A stretch of DNA of 64,000 bases from Deltaproteobacteria bacterium RIFCSPHIGHO2_02_FULL_40_28 (GTDB lineage Bacteria > UBA10199 > 2-12-FULL-40-28). Location: the NCBI GenBank assembly GCA_001798135.1, contig MGRJ01000031.1:57589-121588 (forward strand). Reading direction: 5' to 3'. The position numbers and the translations under genes were made by a program. The notes under the pieces were generated by a model. The model was not told where the DNA came from. It worked only from the letters and a program-made list of their open reading frames with translations, and ran no database searches. Shown here in pieces: positions 50,401 to 57,400 of the stretch (positions are counted from its first letter, which is position 1; each line of letters opens with the position of its first letter).

Positions 50401-51139
50401 GACCATCTCGAATATCTAAGGCTCTTTGAGCCATGGGCTCTAAGCCCTGTTTTCTAATTTCATCACGAAGCCTGGTATAAACTTCCCAATCGGTTGCATT
50501 GATGGAGGCTTTTTTAAGTGCATCATCTTTTGTAGGATCAGGATCAGCCTTACCATTCATTCCAAATTCATAATCGGCACGTGCTAAAAGTTCCCAAAGG
50601 AAAAGTGTTCTTTGTCCTTCAGTTATTTCTAAAAGCTCAGCATCATGATCTAAAACTACTTCTGCTAATCCTAAAGTTTTTCCTAAATTTTTAAAACGTC
50701 CCGAAAAATAAGTGGCATAATCTCCTTCTCCTTCGGCCTGAGCTAAAATGCTATGAGCAACAGCTTCAAATTGATCACTTACATAAACCACATCCCCACC
50801 TACAGAAATTCCTTTGAAATGAAATTCGCTGGGATAAATGGGATTACCATCTTGATCAAGCCCAATAGAGCCTGTAAAGCGCTGTAAACCACGTTCGGAA
50901 ACTGGGCCCACAAACATTTCAAGCCGGCTACGCAAGGCCTCCATTTGAGATCCCTCAACAAGACCCGATCGTTCTAACTTGCTCAACATGTTACGACGCA
51001 GTAGAGAAGTTTTAGCTGCTGAAACCTCAACTAAAACTTGCCCTACTTCAGAATCTTTTAAAGGTGTTGTTCGATCACCTGATATGATCTGTGAGTAAAT
51101 AGAGGCACCGATTGCATTCGCCATACTTTCTCCGTTCAT
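35408..51139 (-). CDS. Giant (5243 aa) type I fatty-acid-synthase-like megasynthase. N to C: AT-like domain, unknown region, malonyl/acyl transferase, two ACP-like domains, reductase-like region, fungal-type ketoacyl synthase, unknown/DH-like region, NMO-type TIM-barrel enoyl-reductase-like domain
   Basis: Single uninterrupted 15.7-kb ORF. Motifs: VFAGQGAGY (AT-like, about aa 250); VVFTGQGSQ + AYAGHSLG (MPT, about aa 1400-1510); two ACP-like units FKDDLGYDTNKINEL / FADDLGFDTNKINEV (about aa 1940-2200); KS Cys VVAACSTG plus SRPDD..GFVLGAGGG and KAHMGHLLGGSSG (about aa 3050-3500); PVIASGAYTTHEDVKGAFHWGASGVALDDAIL (ER-like, about aa 4700-4940). Likely start at the Met at 51124, preceded by GGAGAA. 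Confidence 0.8.
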   Translation of the reverse strand: MNGESMANAIGASIYSQIISGDRTTPLKDSEVGQVLVEVSAAKTSLLRRNMLSKLERSGLVEGSQMEALRSRLEMFVGPVSERGLQRFTGSIGLDQDGNPIYPSEFHFKGISVGGDVVYVSDQFEAVAHSILAQAEGEGDYATYFSGRFKNLGKTLGLAEVVLDHDAELLEITEGQRTLFLWELLARADYEFGMNGKADPDPTKDDALKKASINATDWEVYTRLRDEIRKQGLEPMAQRALDIRDGRDKPFAVFAGQGAGYINELNFLIENYPEAQKLYGELRDIFIRHGIDIEKLRRMADADQKIYANYIEISRVSHAFPMINLVQALRVRVMELHGYDFGQFVALLGQSGGLPAAYFAGGSFDVEGYERPLIPRNDGDFRGYHTVQAYQNFIEWSVTEGAVFEGPFNANAEGATEFDPLVKMDGEGKKIPPKPQDIDTYFQRYNLVTMTVSGIPYDWFNPGESELGQLVEAINTRYAGTDDYVAVNNVNTDETKDGTRSHFILMIGHGKALAELAKMIIFKRDFDWTGYDDATVTRLKPIVTSFSWNNNVRDPLTQTGLTMPPHNPRVYADAPAEHERLLATANHYEPGTPLPLRAPYLSTVIHNYNITPITPESDIALNLRRQQWHWPVNMPHQYRWAASHGATSAVTVGPSSHHAKTALPAVFSNKRMDILGVVDEDADGMKSWLRTTSNDPLKAHLQTIPKTKKDTDDSAVGKLKAIDGVQVQVKTVDGSDDYLNVRVVPTKRMDEKSDGTNPSVFEKYKNGILGIDPDSVLTDFLKAKKITVEGKPENNPYLGFIRNVPEKDKTRHEIEFQFENGKVKTINFYENGRLSFAVTNRGDGGIHMVQYYYPSPSDLTTHYELNRNYKKVGATWEQENMDQFRKEARVFYRQIWDIPTEWASVSKEQAGAGGAVFERRSSPLTPRQATDYAASIGSTEAKYLDAHARNFEVHPHYLSHDMWQSLDGAMFMEEFDMDPTRVIDEGKTFNFVAPIRVGDTLVTRSRLLKAEDFNDGRLAGRRIVVRAEVYRIKGATEELVRVIDSSLVSRMRTGPERVIFKAPDAAINLLEGRTVYNNVASPAQTIERLAIEGYQKDLKTDIDEWNEDLKERPSPKRIPYFDGAKAQAAYAAFMGKHATAIETLAKLIKKAEEGDADAKAKVEAEQKRLGDLLKAEYKKLGVVASKYLSERLAYLPQSRLVFKGSLTIPVDLAEKYVVDLNPIHVSDLAAVAGGIAQGRIMQGMATFAHVNEFVLNEMQRAGLMRDALGVANLKYTGFVGMGDKLFPEVTRTATAEGVDSYHVVVKNAQGTAVMSYDLVGKGVKTAVVFTGQGSQYLDMGNHLISDPARRARLAQFQEYMPKISASARKIQAALVRELKHYKYTAPTRAEAKIAGQARVMPVLYKALLEADAAQRHQPLLDAIDSLGIYIDADKREALKAAVNSIGLSPDGKEPIVDLVKSMNSKAGKTDKTEDDTSKVQPMIMAYSLILFEELQAKGLIPRDAAYAGHSLGMWITLVASGMLSPDDAMKAVYERGSSQVRYIDTERPQALVAVFPKGDEVEPLSEAQMTAMQEYVRGQCVEMEIEPPFVVEFSNDNSPKQWMIGGHKALFDKNPTTNPQYYRLAESVWGLFDQFGYTLNIRPIANAFHTSLMEMASADFLVYMRQHGIPFDPAKLDQAVDVYLDVEGKSLREIGREKGIAEDDFSPPTNERRKQLLGEIMAGQLARSVRWRANVRKMLEEGVRRFIEIGPSHHQSAGTLKPFIEEEVKYLKAKGIIKPDERIEIIYANSLKAFNTKEIGALTASAETAVVEVNRPDITVGEIKVETLEDLRRGAADEVAAQPQAIATVAPSSTSALKQVTPAEVKAIVDAFVGANKPAIEARQNLDALATQLSGQLVALGAGAADALKARQSELLGKAGNAQTSPLPQGGGAGGGSLVDDVIVTMKQLGQIGASEAVEGGTRFKDDLGYDTNKINELRNAYQSRHGIAIADSEIEKISTVNQFAALLEKKGVKLAATVAVASAATATLPPAEEVEQKAITQALTNSVMTNTSPLPQGEGAGGGVSSVDSTLSTFVAANRAAIDAGTHLDALATQLATQLQGLGASARSGLEARLAAITAQTGSAQTSPLPQGGGAGGGSLVDDIGLTMKQLSLVSVSETIEASTRFADDLGFDTNKINEVRSAYQAKYSITISDGDLEKVKSVNDFAKLLDKKGVKLGAAAVATTTTLSNEDKLIQQAIQTALASVGAASSAPAAAGDSPPPASPGATGARGAAVAVLATPSARGVEATDTRVGLDAKGAPTTYDSEQASRLAEAERRLGAVRVSTSDFFMDSLMQPHYADSIYYRGTEGGTETIDPRKILRGDMTAEDVTGVLTSVRAGMGVYGFNHVTQNGGIARLMRFVGYVRSAAFETRMPEDASDALRASLLDQEEREMRQIANGIDSIRLGWLRGFINAETKKRDATADTAEKARRQGRIDTLEHLYTLAAHRLDEGIIYTGKVIDIVSGNHVPTYGGAKKSQFVPDTDGTIEAAKRLADPTMADKKTGKDLQFLLEDGYDLRGHVALIHQASTITAGYASKWMQLGGNVMMTDYAGRSAERKGRVASDLYYDIYSEAADGASMDVVPNMQPGNRFDEDALLYYIEMKYVADLKQYKEDKEKYRKGELEVEPQMPHLPTLYINGAGREDYGSLADRGTPLDSLLVMALSTRWMAISLAKLHQKYKTGEKVVFVNLYTPNNAANLGELEGELNPAALPGSKSYHLTKNALPPGQTAAEAYANGIRDEEEKPILVEVARTTGWGKSDGRSETLMSGKDYYSQPLETESLAEGIKIKTLTGDELSTVGLSGALAAKFGKRKLRPPEGDTRKRVQGLWEYDDTYGFTSALRTGKFGEIEARVKETEDIKHTEAKARKAEEKKAAVDPSLIPLDGTIVDLNNINIAIKGETSSRYAYKPKTDILFEDETPVVRGYGMVGPLGTDALANYRNMLAAGLFKGHEGYSWLGNYDFYNLAKAMGVDVSQWGDYKKLAASIGLDDAVLEKFKTWQNAVEAHLLANSGIQEVGRFKEFEVLRQVAFGDNDKEIEIENTAKGINLPAATRTKLENAGLAIHRRPDGSLYALAKGGQTYFMKFTIQLPKTIAGDLPGQTSFDWEGMGVPASELRTGAKASFMAKMFTSQILMSAAGRSPKELDEVFGPKNVFVGIGTGLGDLEPFNEMTLKPMQIEDSVANYLMAALLPDSTTGQVATEQLGAEGMALAVVAACSTGNMNIVMAVKHLFSEYWAATRREESGMDVNWDEVFAKIWIAGGVDYAITFNAIFGFDAIGATIRDSVRRGRDIAIKMASRPDDMERFGFVLGAGGGGQGITPLSNAIKTGDPVYSMIAGAESRTDGDKQAYKGAREGYGIGQRSALFDAWDQAKEKLTEVLHTPEEMTGIVQELMVAVQRGKRAAGRAKAEFNADTAISTWGLKLTEQKALYNKLVERFGPKLTEEEWNKAVGEGRTGKNLVDFLVDNTRKLKENVRLVVMAHKTSTPMGDLYEEESIRLFLSSILDPTQFAHIVKTKAHMGHLLGGSSGSDSALSPLVMRFLGIPGDPGLDNIHAQGGENVTVYHHKHAENLRDLYDDDVTWVVLREAAGFNAKNTAIIEVMGKLGFETEESAVDYVAKLIEGVAKERVQKRAERQGLRKMFFNRATYQETPVSLYRDQYEVTLRSHAIARALVLEGRKLDWNNIESWVYQFPLNEGVELEVDTDLAQNNFVNPRVYTVDFENKKVKRLEVTADQASATNKRANAEIIRSQHNAIKYAEAQARVKEIYDSIGQREVNEMGHLARQKNWHRRPMVFYGMSDGMGMRTLIALIKSGAVKEVVGVHRDPNPVDPAKPEELVEKASAFNPAVLKALAETHGVNLQLLNVNAVPFDVGHPAATGTPTPLPKEVVEAVGKAFEPTVAEIRGWLTRKASRILNRPVLVKGTTKLEELGFTDPRGWLAAVNTEFDTELQWDNIKGLTVDALIKQNLLPGVNFFDSVAFGLPARAHYQPELSVPSMNSYGELEMKKIPNFASEKEEEIATIIPMGRSHPRLLDLFNEQGWLKGARGKHFGASETFWFDWRGSESDGMLGGVYGGATWETKGSLGRAKMTTKKELASPRLSDPKTGLRRVLSFPAFLSFALHAIPGGTLAGLIEKRIFEDIQSGALVLPGVDPAVTKFVSMNELSVRALLGALKGEFERGLYDQNIYVFVDKHEVSVYPEVARRIQEVQARLEARLGAEKAAWVANGKDIREFEGKMSREDTALLLTDILPGDYLKYTFEHIGDIKEKRTLERGIKHDAEGIAQLPMPEAFKGVSYPVLQRGFSPEVNTPSLAIAVIDAGGIGTLDAGNLKATETAAEKVLRERAARKAATEGGNGVNGVPDTLEARIDAVYAAVGNTAPLVVSLDVSASNFEAQLKVVAEKQVRGVMFRGGLPKTEQVIALNKVGIAVFQTVDTAAEVIKLTEMKVVEHEGKPNQKTTKAKFDAVVVERSISSGNINQAGENKFGDLSDLRDPRWDVMPTVPLRPINLQFKTTDFPSFRLYSNKSEVDFKLPETYAGYTGITHGGMLDSIFESVLEAMVKGGERVDINKLHRNVGYIANAPSNANVRIYVEKKPDGRIEMRMMELVDKPAEGGKPATREEKTLSNATFQDASKVKSKDKASTINPAELASNAQFGCLPNCVAAGHEHGTGLHFRFNYDDGKKALWGRVTPIEGQSRYHSMMLAADELTGWTGMMAFKIWGFTADNLYTPLRAPEANEAITLVAEVPEWDGLTSDMRMKVTFFGEDGQAIGVLTARYVPQMKAAQNVLARAIENLRAHPEDPEIRATFAFVKKALGHNFNKILQAVEQNRDMNADPELIVRKAREALYDAKIPVIASGAYTTHEDVKGAFHWGASGVALDDAILYSKESQYGGKTILSDPLTLSHPREGGDPSLGSSVAVRVIEDAEGRKLRLMDTPGALKLDTQLKFYREKIKDKTLTEAIAKPLMRTAVTNAFANAQSANDATRRQGGIFLASQNVGTVRVGEELESTFERLIHGREAPPPPEPGRDSGPDGGDGPSPGHREEPEERRGDPGSPSAPGEVAARATGELVSLADVAGLRSGLVQGVSHVGAQFIAPSEQGVINHAPTGEMDRATLLARLEEHGYGRDEMEGLGLENIHWQQLAMALDAEDPASAVDQVLEDVGVIEHAGPSARMEAMATRAGAMRRGSASPVVAAALKAAG
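36310..37100 (-). other. Enoyl-reductase-like FMN TIM-barrel (nitronate monooxygenase fold) domain (approximate bounds)
   Basis: ...IPVIASGAYTTHEDVKGAFHWGASGVALDDAIL resembles the NMO/FAS-ER G-rich FMN-binding segment. Confidence 0.5.
40640..41990 (-). other. Ketoacyl-synthase domain, fungal/CMN FAS-I type (approximate bounds)
   Basis: Active-site Cys codon at about 41362 in AACSTG. Downstream His/Lys-His motifs. Confidence 0.6.
44500..45372 (-). other. Tandem ACP-like domains with Thr at the canonical phosphopantetheine Ser position, separated by and flanked with three in-frame family B repeat cores
   Basis: Codons gat-acc (about 45221-45235) and gat-aca (about 44601-44609) encode D-T in the DLGxD(S/T) motif. 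The flanking helices align with E. coli ACP ([25 protein letters not shown] against SRHGIAIADSEIEKISTVNQFAALL). Confidence 0.6.
46000..46970 (-). other. Malonyl/acyl transferase (MPT-like) domain of the megasynthase (approximate bounds)
   Basis: GQGSQ and GHSLG (Ser codon at about 46610) read from the translation. Confidence 0.6.
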
Positions 51140-51427
51140 GGACCCAATTTAAAGCAATACCCCCTCGCTGCTTCACAGCAAGGCCTTCCAGACAAAACTC
51201 GAAAGATGAATAGTGATTCCTCTGCCCCAGGTGGACGGGAATGATGATTACTGACTTAAGACCCCAACACTCTAAAAACTGAATGGACGTTCAGCGTCCT
51301 TAGCGTAGCTGAAAATTCATTTCAAGAAAAAAATCAAATCTTTATCTGCCTCTTACAACCAAAGGTTGCTTCCTTTTTTTCCGTCATCCCTGCCTCTTTT
51401 GTCATCCCTGCGAAGGCAGGGATCCAT

Positions 51428-54400
51428 CTATATCTTCGCCTTAACCCAAGTCATTTCACCACGGCGTCGGGCTAATTGATACACATTAGCACCCCTTGCC
51501 CCATTTGTAGGGGCAGGTTCTAAACCTGCCCGGGCGGGTTCAAGCTCTTCTGCAATCACTGCTAAAGCTTCCATATTTTCGGCTTGGACAGCTGCTCTTA
51601 AAGCAAGTTCCATCTCTGCTGGGATAATATCCATTTCTGCGAATTCAGCTCCTAAATCAGCATCTACAGCAGCTATTACCTCTGCCAAGGGGGTTTGATC
51701 CATCTCAGTAGGAATGGCTAAATCGTGGAAACCAAGGGTGTCTAAAAGCTCGCGAGCGGTTTGAACAACCCACTCAGTATAAATCCCTCGGGTTGCCGCT
51801 CGGGATGCCCTTTCCTCAGGAGTTTCCAAGAATACTAATCTGGGAGCTAAACTAAGAGCGTTCGCTCCACTTACAGCGGATAAACCACCTAAAACTTCTC
51901 CACCTATTGCCAATCCTAATGGAGAATCCGTAGGGGCAGGTTCTAAACCTGCCCCCGAATCATGGACGGGTTGGGAACCCGCCCCTACACGATCTGTGGG
52001 TTCAACCCCTCGGCTCCCCCCTTGCTCTCTGGTAGGGACTTGCCCTTCTGCTGGCAGGCCACCACCAGAACCAGGAGAAGGTCTCTCTGGAGGTGTTACT
52101 CCATTGGCAAGCCCCGCCTTGACATAAATAGGTCCACGCTGGGATTTAGCTACTTCACCAAATCCACTACTTCCATTACGATACAGAACCGTATTACCTT
52201 CAAAAATTTCTGGCGTCTTTTCATAAGCAACTACAATGTGGGTTACTTGGGGAAATGCTGCTCTCACCCTCTCAAAAATATTCTGTTGAGTAAAAAATGG
52301 AATTCCGATGGGTTTGTTAATTCCCTTACTTTGACTCGGGGTTTTTACTTGTGAAAAACGAATAATTTTTCCGTCATCATGAACGCTAATACGAACATGT
52401 CTGGTTGAAGAAAAAACATAGGCACCGTTAACCTGTTCTTTTTCAACCCAACCTAACGCTTGTGCTACTGTTACAGGGGTTACAAGAGTAACTGGGGCGA
52501 CGCGTGGGTCGCCCCCTACATCAGGAGCAAGGGTAGTTACGGTAGGGGCAAACCCCTGTGTTTGCCCTTCTGTTGGTGGATCTCCTGGAGGAGGATCACC
52601 TGCTGGAGCACTCGAAGCAGGGCCGCCAGAAGGTGGGGTTCTCACCAAGGCCAATAAACCTTCTGCTAAACTTTCAGCTCCCATAACTGCTGATAAACGC
52701 CCACGCATTGGTTTTGGCAACATTTCTAAAAGCCCACGAGCACGTTCCATCAAAGTTACTGCTTGTCCAAACTTGGCCTCGTTAATTTTTTCTGCTAAGA
52801 AAGCTGTATTTTTTTGAATCCAATTTTCTACAAAGGCATTATCGGCCCATAATTCATCGTTGGTTCGACCTGGATTGCCACGCGTCGCCATGTCTTCATT
52901 AAACCAACCACGAATTTTTTCTCTCGCTTCTACAGGAGTGAGATTAAATTCTCCCGTATCTCCATCACGCCCAGAGGCCTGCAGAAGAGCTTTTCTTAAT
53001 TGATCAAAGGCCACACTTCTGGCCAACCATTGATGTCCTTCAGATCTAAAATCTTTCCAATCTACAATGCGGTTGATCACTCCTTTTGTAAGCATGCGTT
53101 CGGGCACATCATGGGCATCAGCAAATTGAGTGGCAATAGATCGATAAACAGGAAGAAGTATTTTTTCCCTGGCGGCAATTTGTTCTTTAAATCCTGTAGT
53201 TTGTCCACTATCAGCAGGCACCCTGGCAAGTTGAGATTCTAGCTCAATGATGGCATCATCACATTCTCTCATCTTGGCTTTTAAAAACTCATCATCTTTT
53301 CCCCAAATTTTAAGTCTGGCAGTAGCTCCTGCTTCCAAAACATTTCCACGAGAAGTAGATTCTGCCCAAAAGGTTGCTTGATCTTGATGATTAATGGTTG
53401 GATCAACCACCACCCAGGCTCCACCCCGCAGCTCTCCAAAGGGAGGCAGCATAATCATTACAGGAGCATCGTACTGACGCAATTCATCCACAATAAAAGA
53501 ACCATACTTCAAAATATGGTCGAACATGTTATCGACACCGCCCGAAAATCCTCTCCAGTTGGGAAGCACCACTAAAGGTAAACCTTCGCGCCTGGCATCC
53601 CCCATAAATTCAGCTGTTTTCCAAGCCGAATCAGACCACCACACCTTGCCTGCTTGATCCACACGCCTTTCAGAAGAAGCTCTCATGGCTGCATCAGCAG
53701 GAATAACTTTTTGTGTCGACCGTAATTCGGGTGTCAGCACAGCAACAGGAATACCTCCCCATCGAGCCCGACCCGTCACCACACTTTTAGCCCATTCCCC
53801 CATGTCTTCCTTAAAAGATCCCTCATCTAAAAAGCCCGGGGCATACTCTCCTTCAAAAGCAATGGTACCCTCTTTGGCAACAGGAGTTGGACCACCACGA
53901 ATTAAAAAGCGGGGATCATAAACCATTGCGGGGTCAAGAGGTTTCCAAAGGTTGGTGCGGTTTACTGGATCTGTGTTCTTTACAATGAGAAGTTCGCCGC
54001 CTTTTACTTTTGGAATAAAAGAAATCCAATCCAAAAAGGTTTTCATTCCAGCAATATCATCTTCTACCACAGTGCGAGTATTTCCATTGGCCGCATGAAT
54101 ATTCACTCCACCAAATTCCTGGTTATCGGTGTAATACTCATCTCCCATCAACTCATTCATCATGTCTTTACCAGTAAGCATCATGGCCGTGCCCCGTTTT
54201 TGAATGACACGACGATTTAAACGGCTAATATACGCCCCAATACCCACGTTTAGCCCCATTACGTAAGTGAAGGTAAGGCCTTCATCATAGGCCTTAGAGG
54301 CTTCTCCCGCAATGGTTCCAGAGCCTCTTAGATTTTCAACTCCAATACCATCGGGGCCATCTTTAATACCGGTAATTTTCCAACGAGTTTCACCTTCTAC

Positions 54401-57400
54401 AGTAATTTGTTCTGCTAAAATTTCTTCTGCAAATTTTGGATATTGTTCTTCAGTAAGATAAACATACCCTCCCTGAGCGGGATTGCTAGAATCATTCAAA
54501 GCATATTTTTTTGCTTTCTTTAATTCTTCAAAAACTCCAATGCGGGCTCCTGAATTAGCAGCAACATAAAGGAAAGGAAGTCCTGATTTTCTGGCATACT
54601 CGGAAGCCTTTTGATATACTTCATCTTCGGCCTCAGAAAAAGAACCATAATCGATATTAAAATCGTTGGTGGCAATAATGATGTCACGCCCCTCAGGAAA
54701 TTCAGGAGTACAAAGCGTTACCTTAAAGGCCACCATGCCTACAGTGTTTTGTCCTGCAGGTCGGCTTGTAGAAACCAAATTGCCATGTCTATCAACCACC
54801 ATTTCGACAGCAGAGACTACAGTAGAAGGATCGGCTGTTTCTATGAGTTTGGGAATATCATAAGCATAGGTTTGTCCCCTGCTTTGAGCAAACAAACGGC
54901 GTTTATCAATTTTATCCAAGGGAGTGTAGGGAGTATCCCGATCTTTTCCACCCAGATCATGGGCACCAAAAGTTAGAGCCCTGTAAGTAATTTGACCAGT
55001 GGTCCCATTGGTTACTTCCTCATAGCCATGAACTTCTAATTTATGCCCCGAAGGATTACTGGCTACAAAAAGATATGGCTTGGGCGCAGGATTACCATCT
55101 TTTAATAAAAGTTTTACCTCTACCATCCCCACCCGCAATTCTTTTAAACGTCCCAGATTGCGTTCGTAGATGGTTTGAATAACATGGGCTACATTGGTGG
55201 TTTCTAAATCGATGGGGTCTGATACATTCAAAAAAACTTGGTTAAAAGTTGTTTTGTCATAGGGAGAGCCTTTTCTTAAAGTCATCTCCATGGCATCCAA
55301 ACTTTCTGAAAAAGCCTCTTCAACTCGAGGAATAAAAATTACTTGTTCCGCCCCAATCCCATTGCGCCGGACCTTAGCTCCCCGAACAACATGTCTCACA
55401 AAAAAGCGGGAATCACGGTCTTTATCTTTGATGGGTTTTTGATCAACAGCGCGACCCCAAATGGGATCTCCTTCTCCACTCCTTATATTCACCACCTTCT
55501 CACGACCATAGTAGAGATGAATTTGGTGGTTAGGCACGGGCAGGGCCTGCACATCAAACCAACTCATCCGATTGGGAGTTAAAGTATAGGCCAGGGCTGG
55601 CTCCATGTGACGTACGATAACATCTTCCTTCCAACTCAAATCTTTGCGGAAAGTATAAAAAGCAGGATAGACCCCTGGTTTATTAATAATAAAACTCATC
55701 CGATTGATATTATAAGATTCAAATTTATTTTTCTGAGCATCAACTATCTTTTGCAAAGCAGCAAGAATAGCCTTTTCATCTCCTTGAGGAGCCTCTTTTA
55801 AAACCAAGTTGAGGGTTCTCTCTGTTCCTGAAGGAACCCCTACAAAACTTTCCAAAACCATATTCCAGTTTCTCTCAAGCTGTTCTTGATTTTGAAAAAC
55901 CATCATGGATCCAGAGCGAGCATCTCTACCTCTCACAGCACGTGCAGAACGATAATTCCATACCACCGCTTGGGTTTCACCACCCCCCACTAGAGGATAT
56001 CCATGGGTTTCAATTCTTGAAAATTCATGACCCCGATAAGCTCTTTTTACATAAACTTGCAAAGCAGTATCAATAACAGCCGGATCGGTATCAAACAAAT
56101 GGGGAACAACCAGCTGAAATAAAGATCGATGTTCTCCAACAAGAGCTGCTATGAGTCCATCTCGAAGTTCAGGGCGAGATCTATTGATTTCTAAAATACG
56201 GCTTCTCACTTGTCTAATTCCTTCCTCTATACCCACCTGACGATTTCTTAAAATGGCTTGGGCTGCCTTGTGAGCCAAGGGATCAAAGGCTTTGCCTCGA
56301 AGTGATTTAACCCCTACCAAACTCCCTGTTAAATCGCCTACCAGCCCTTTTTGAGACACTTGCTCCATTAAAGCTGCAATAAAAATATTTCTTTTTAAAA
56401 CAGGCTTGTCTTTTTTACTCTTGGCCTCGGCATCCTCCCACATGTAAATTTCATTGTGAGCTTGGGAATAAGCATGCACATCAATAGTTTTTTCTCGTTT
56501 TAATTCAACGGTGGCGCGATAATAAGTTTTCCCTTGGAAAGCTTGTTCTACTTTTGTAAATTCAGCAAATAAACCTCTAATCACTCGATTTCGGTTTCCA
56601 GCAATGCCCTCTTTGTAATTTTCAGCTAATTCTTGGAAAGGTTTTGCTGCCATTTTAAAAGCTTCTTGTTTGGCCTTTAAAATTTCAGCTTGTTTTTCCT
56701 CACGCTCAGCTTCTTTTAAGTCTCCCCTTTCAATTAAGGATTGCACTTCTCTAGCAGAGTCCCTTGCCAATTGATCTCCTGCTTCATATCGTGCAATTAT
56801 TTGAAGAATGTCTGCAGAAGGGAAAGCTGGTGGAGGAGAAGCAGCTAAACCAGCAGCATAGGCATCTACCAAGCTTCTTAATTGTTCACGAACAGTTCTG
56901 GGAAGGCTGCCCTGATAAACTGAATAAAAATAATTAAATTGCTCGATGGGAAGCCTTGGATTTTCAAGGGCAGTAAAAAGTTGGTTTATAACCAAACTTG
57001 CAAGATTTTCCATACCACTGTCTGGTCCAAAACCTCCAAGGATTTGCCTGGCCTGATTATAAGCCCATTCGTACTGGCTTCTTAAACTCTCTCCCACTTT
57101 TAAGGGGGATGCCATTGCACGCAATTGATCAGCAAAAAGCACCGCCTTTTTCACTTTATCGGGTTCCTTTAAATCTATGTTGGCTAAAAGGTCTCCGGCT
57201 ACAACTCCTGTGTTGGGAGCTATGGTGTACGAAAGTATTCCATCTTCCAAGGCCACCATTTGACTTACTGCTTTCATGGCCTCATATTCAATAATGGGCA
57301 TTCCTTTTTTAACTTCCGATCCATTAGGAACCAAGTAACGAATAAATTTTCCGGGAGCTTCTGCTAAAATTTTGGAAGGATCATATTCGTTGGGGAAAAA

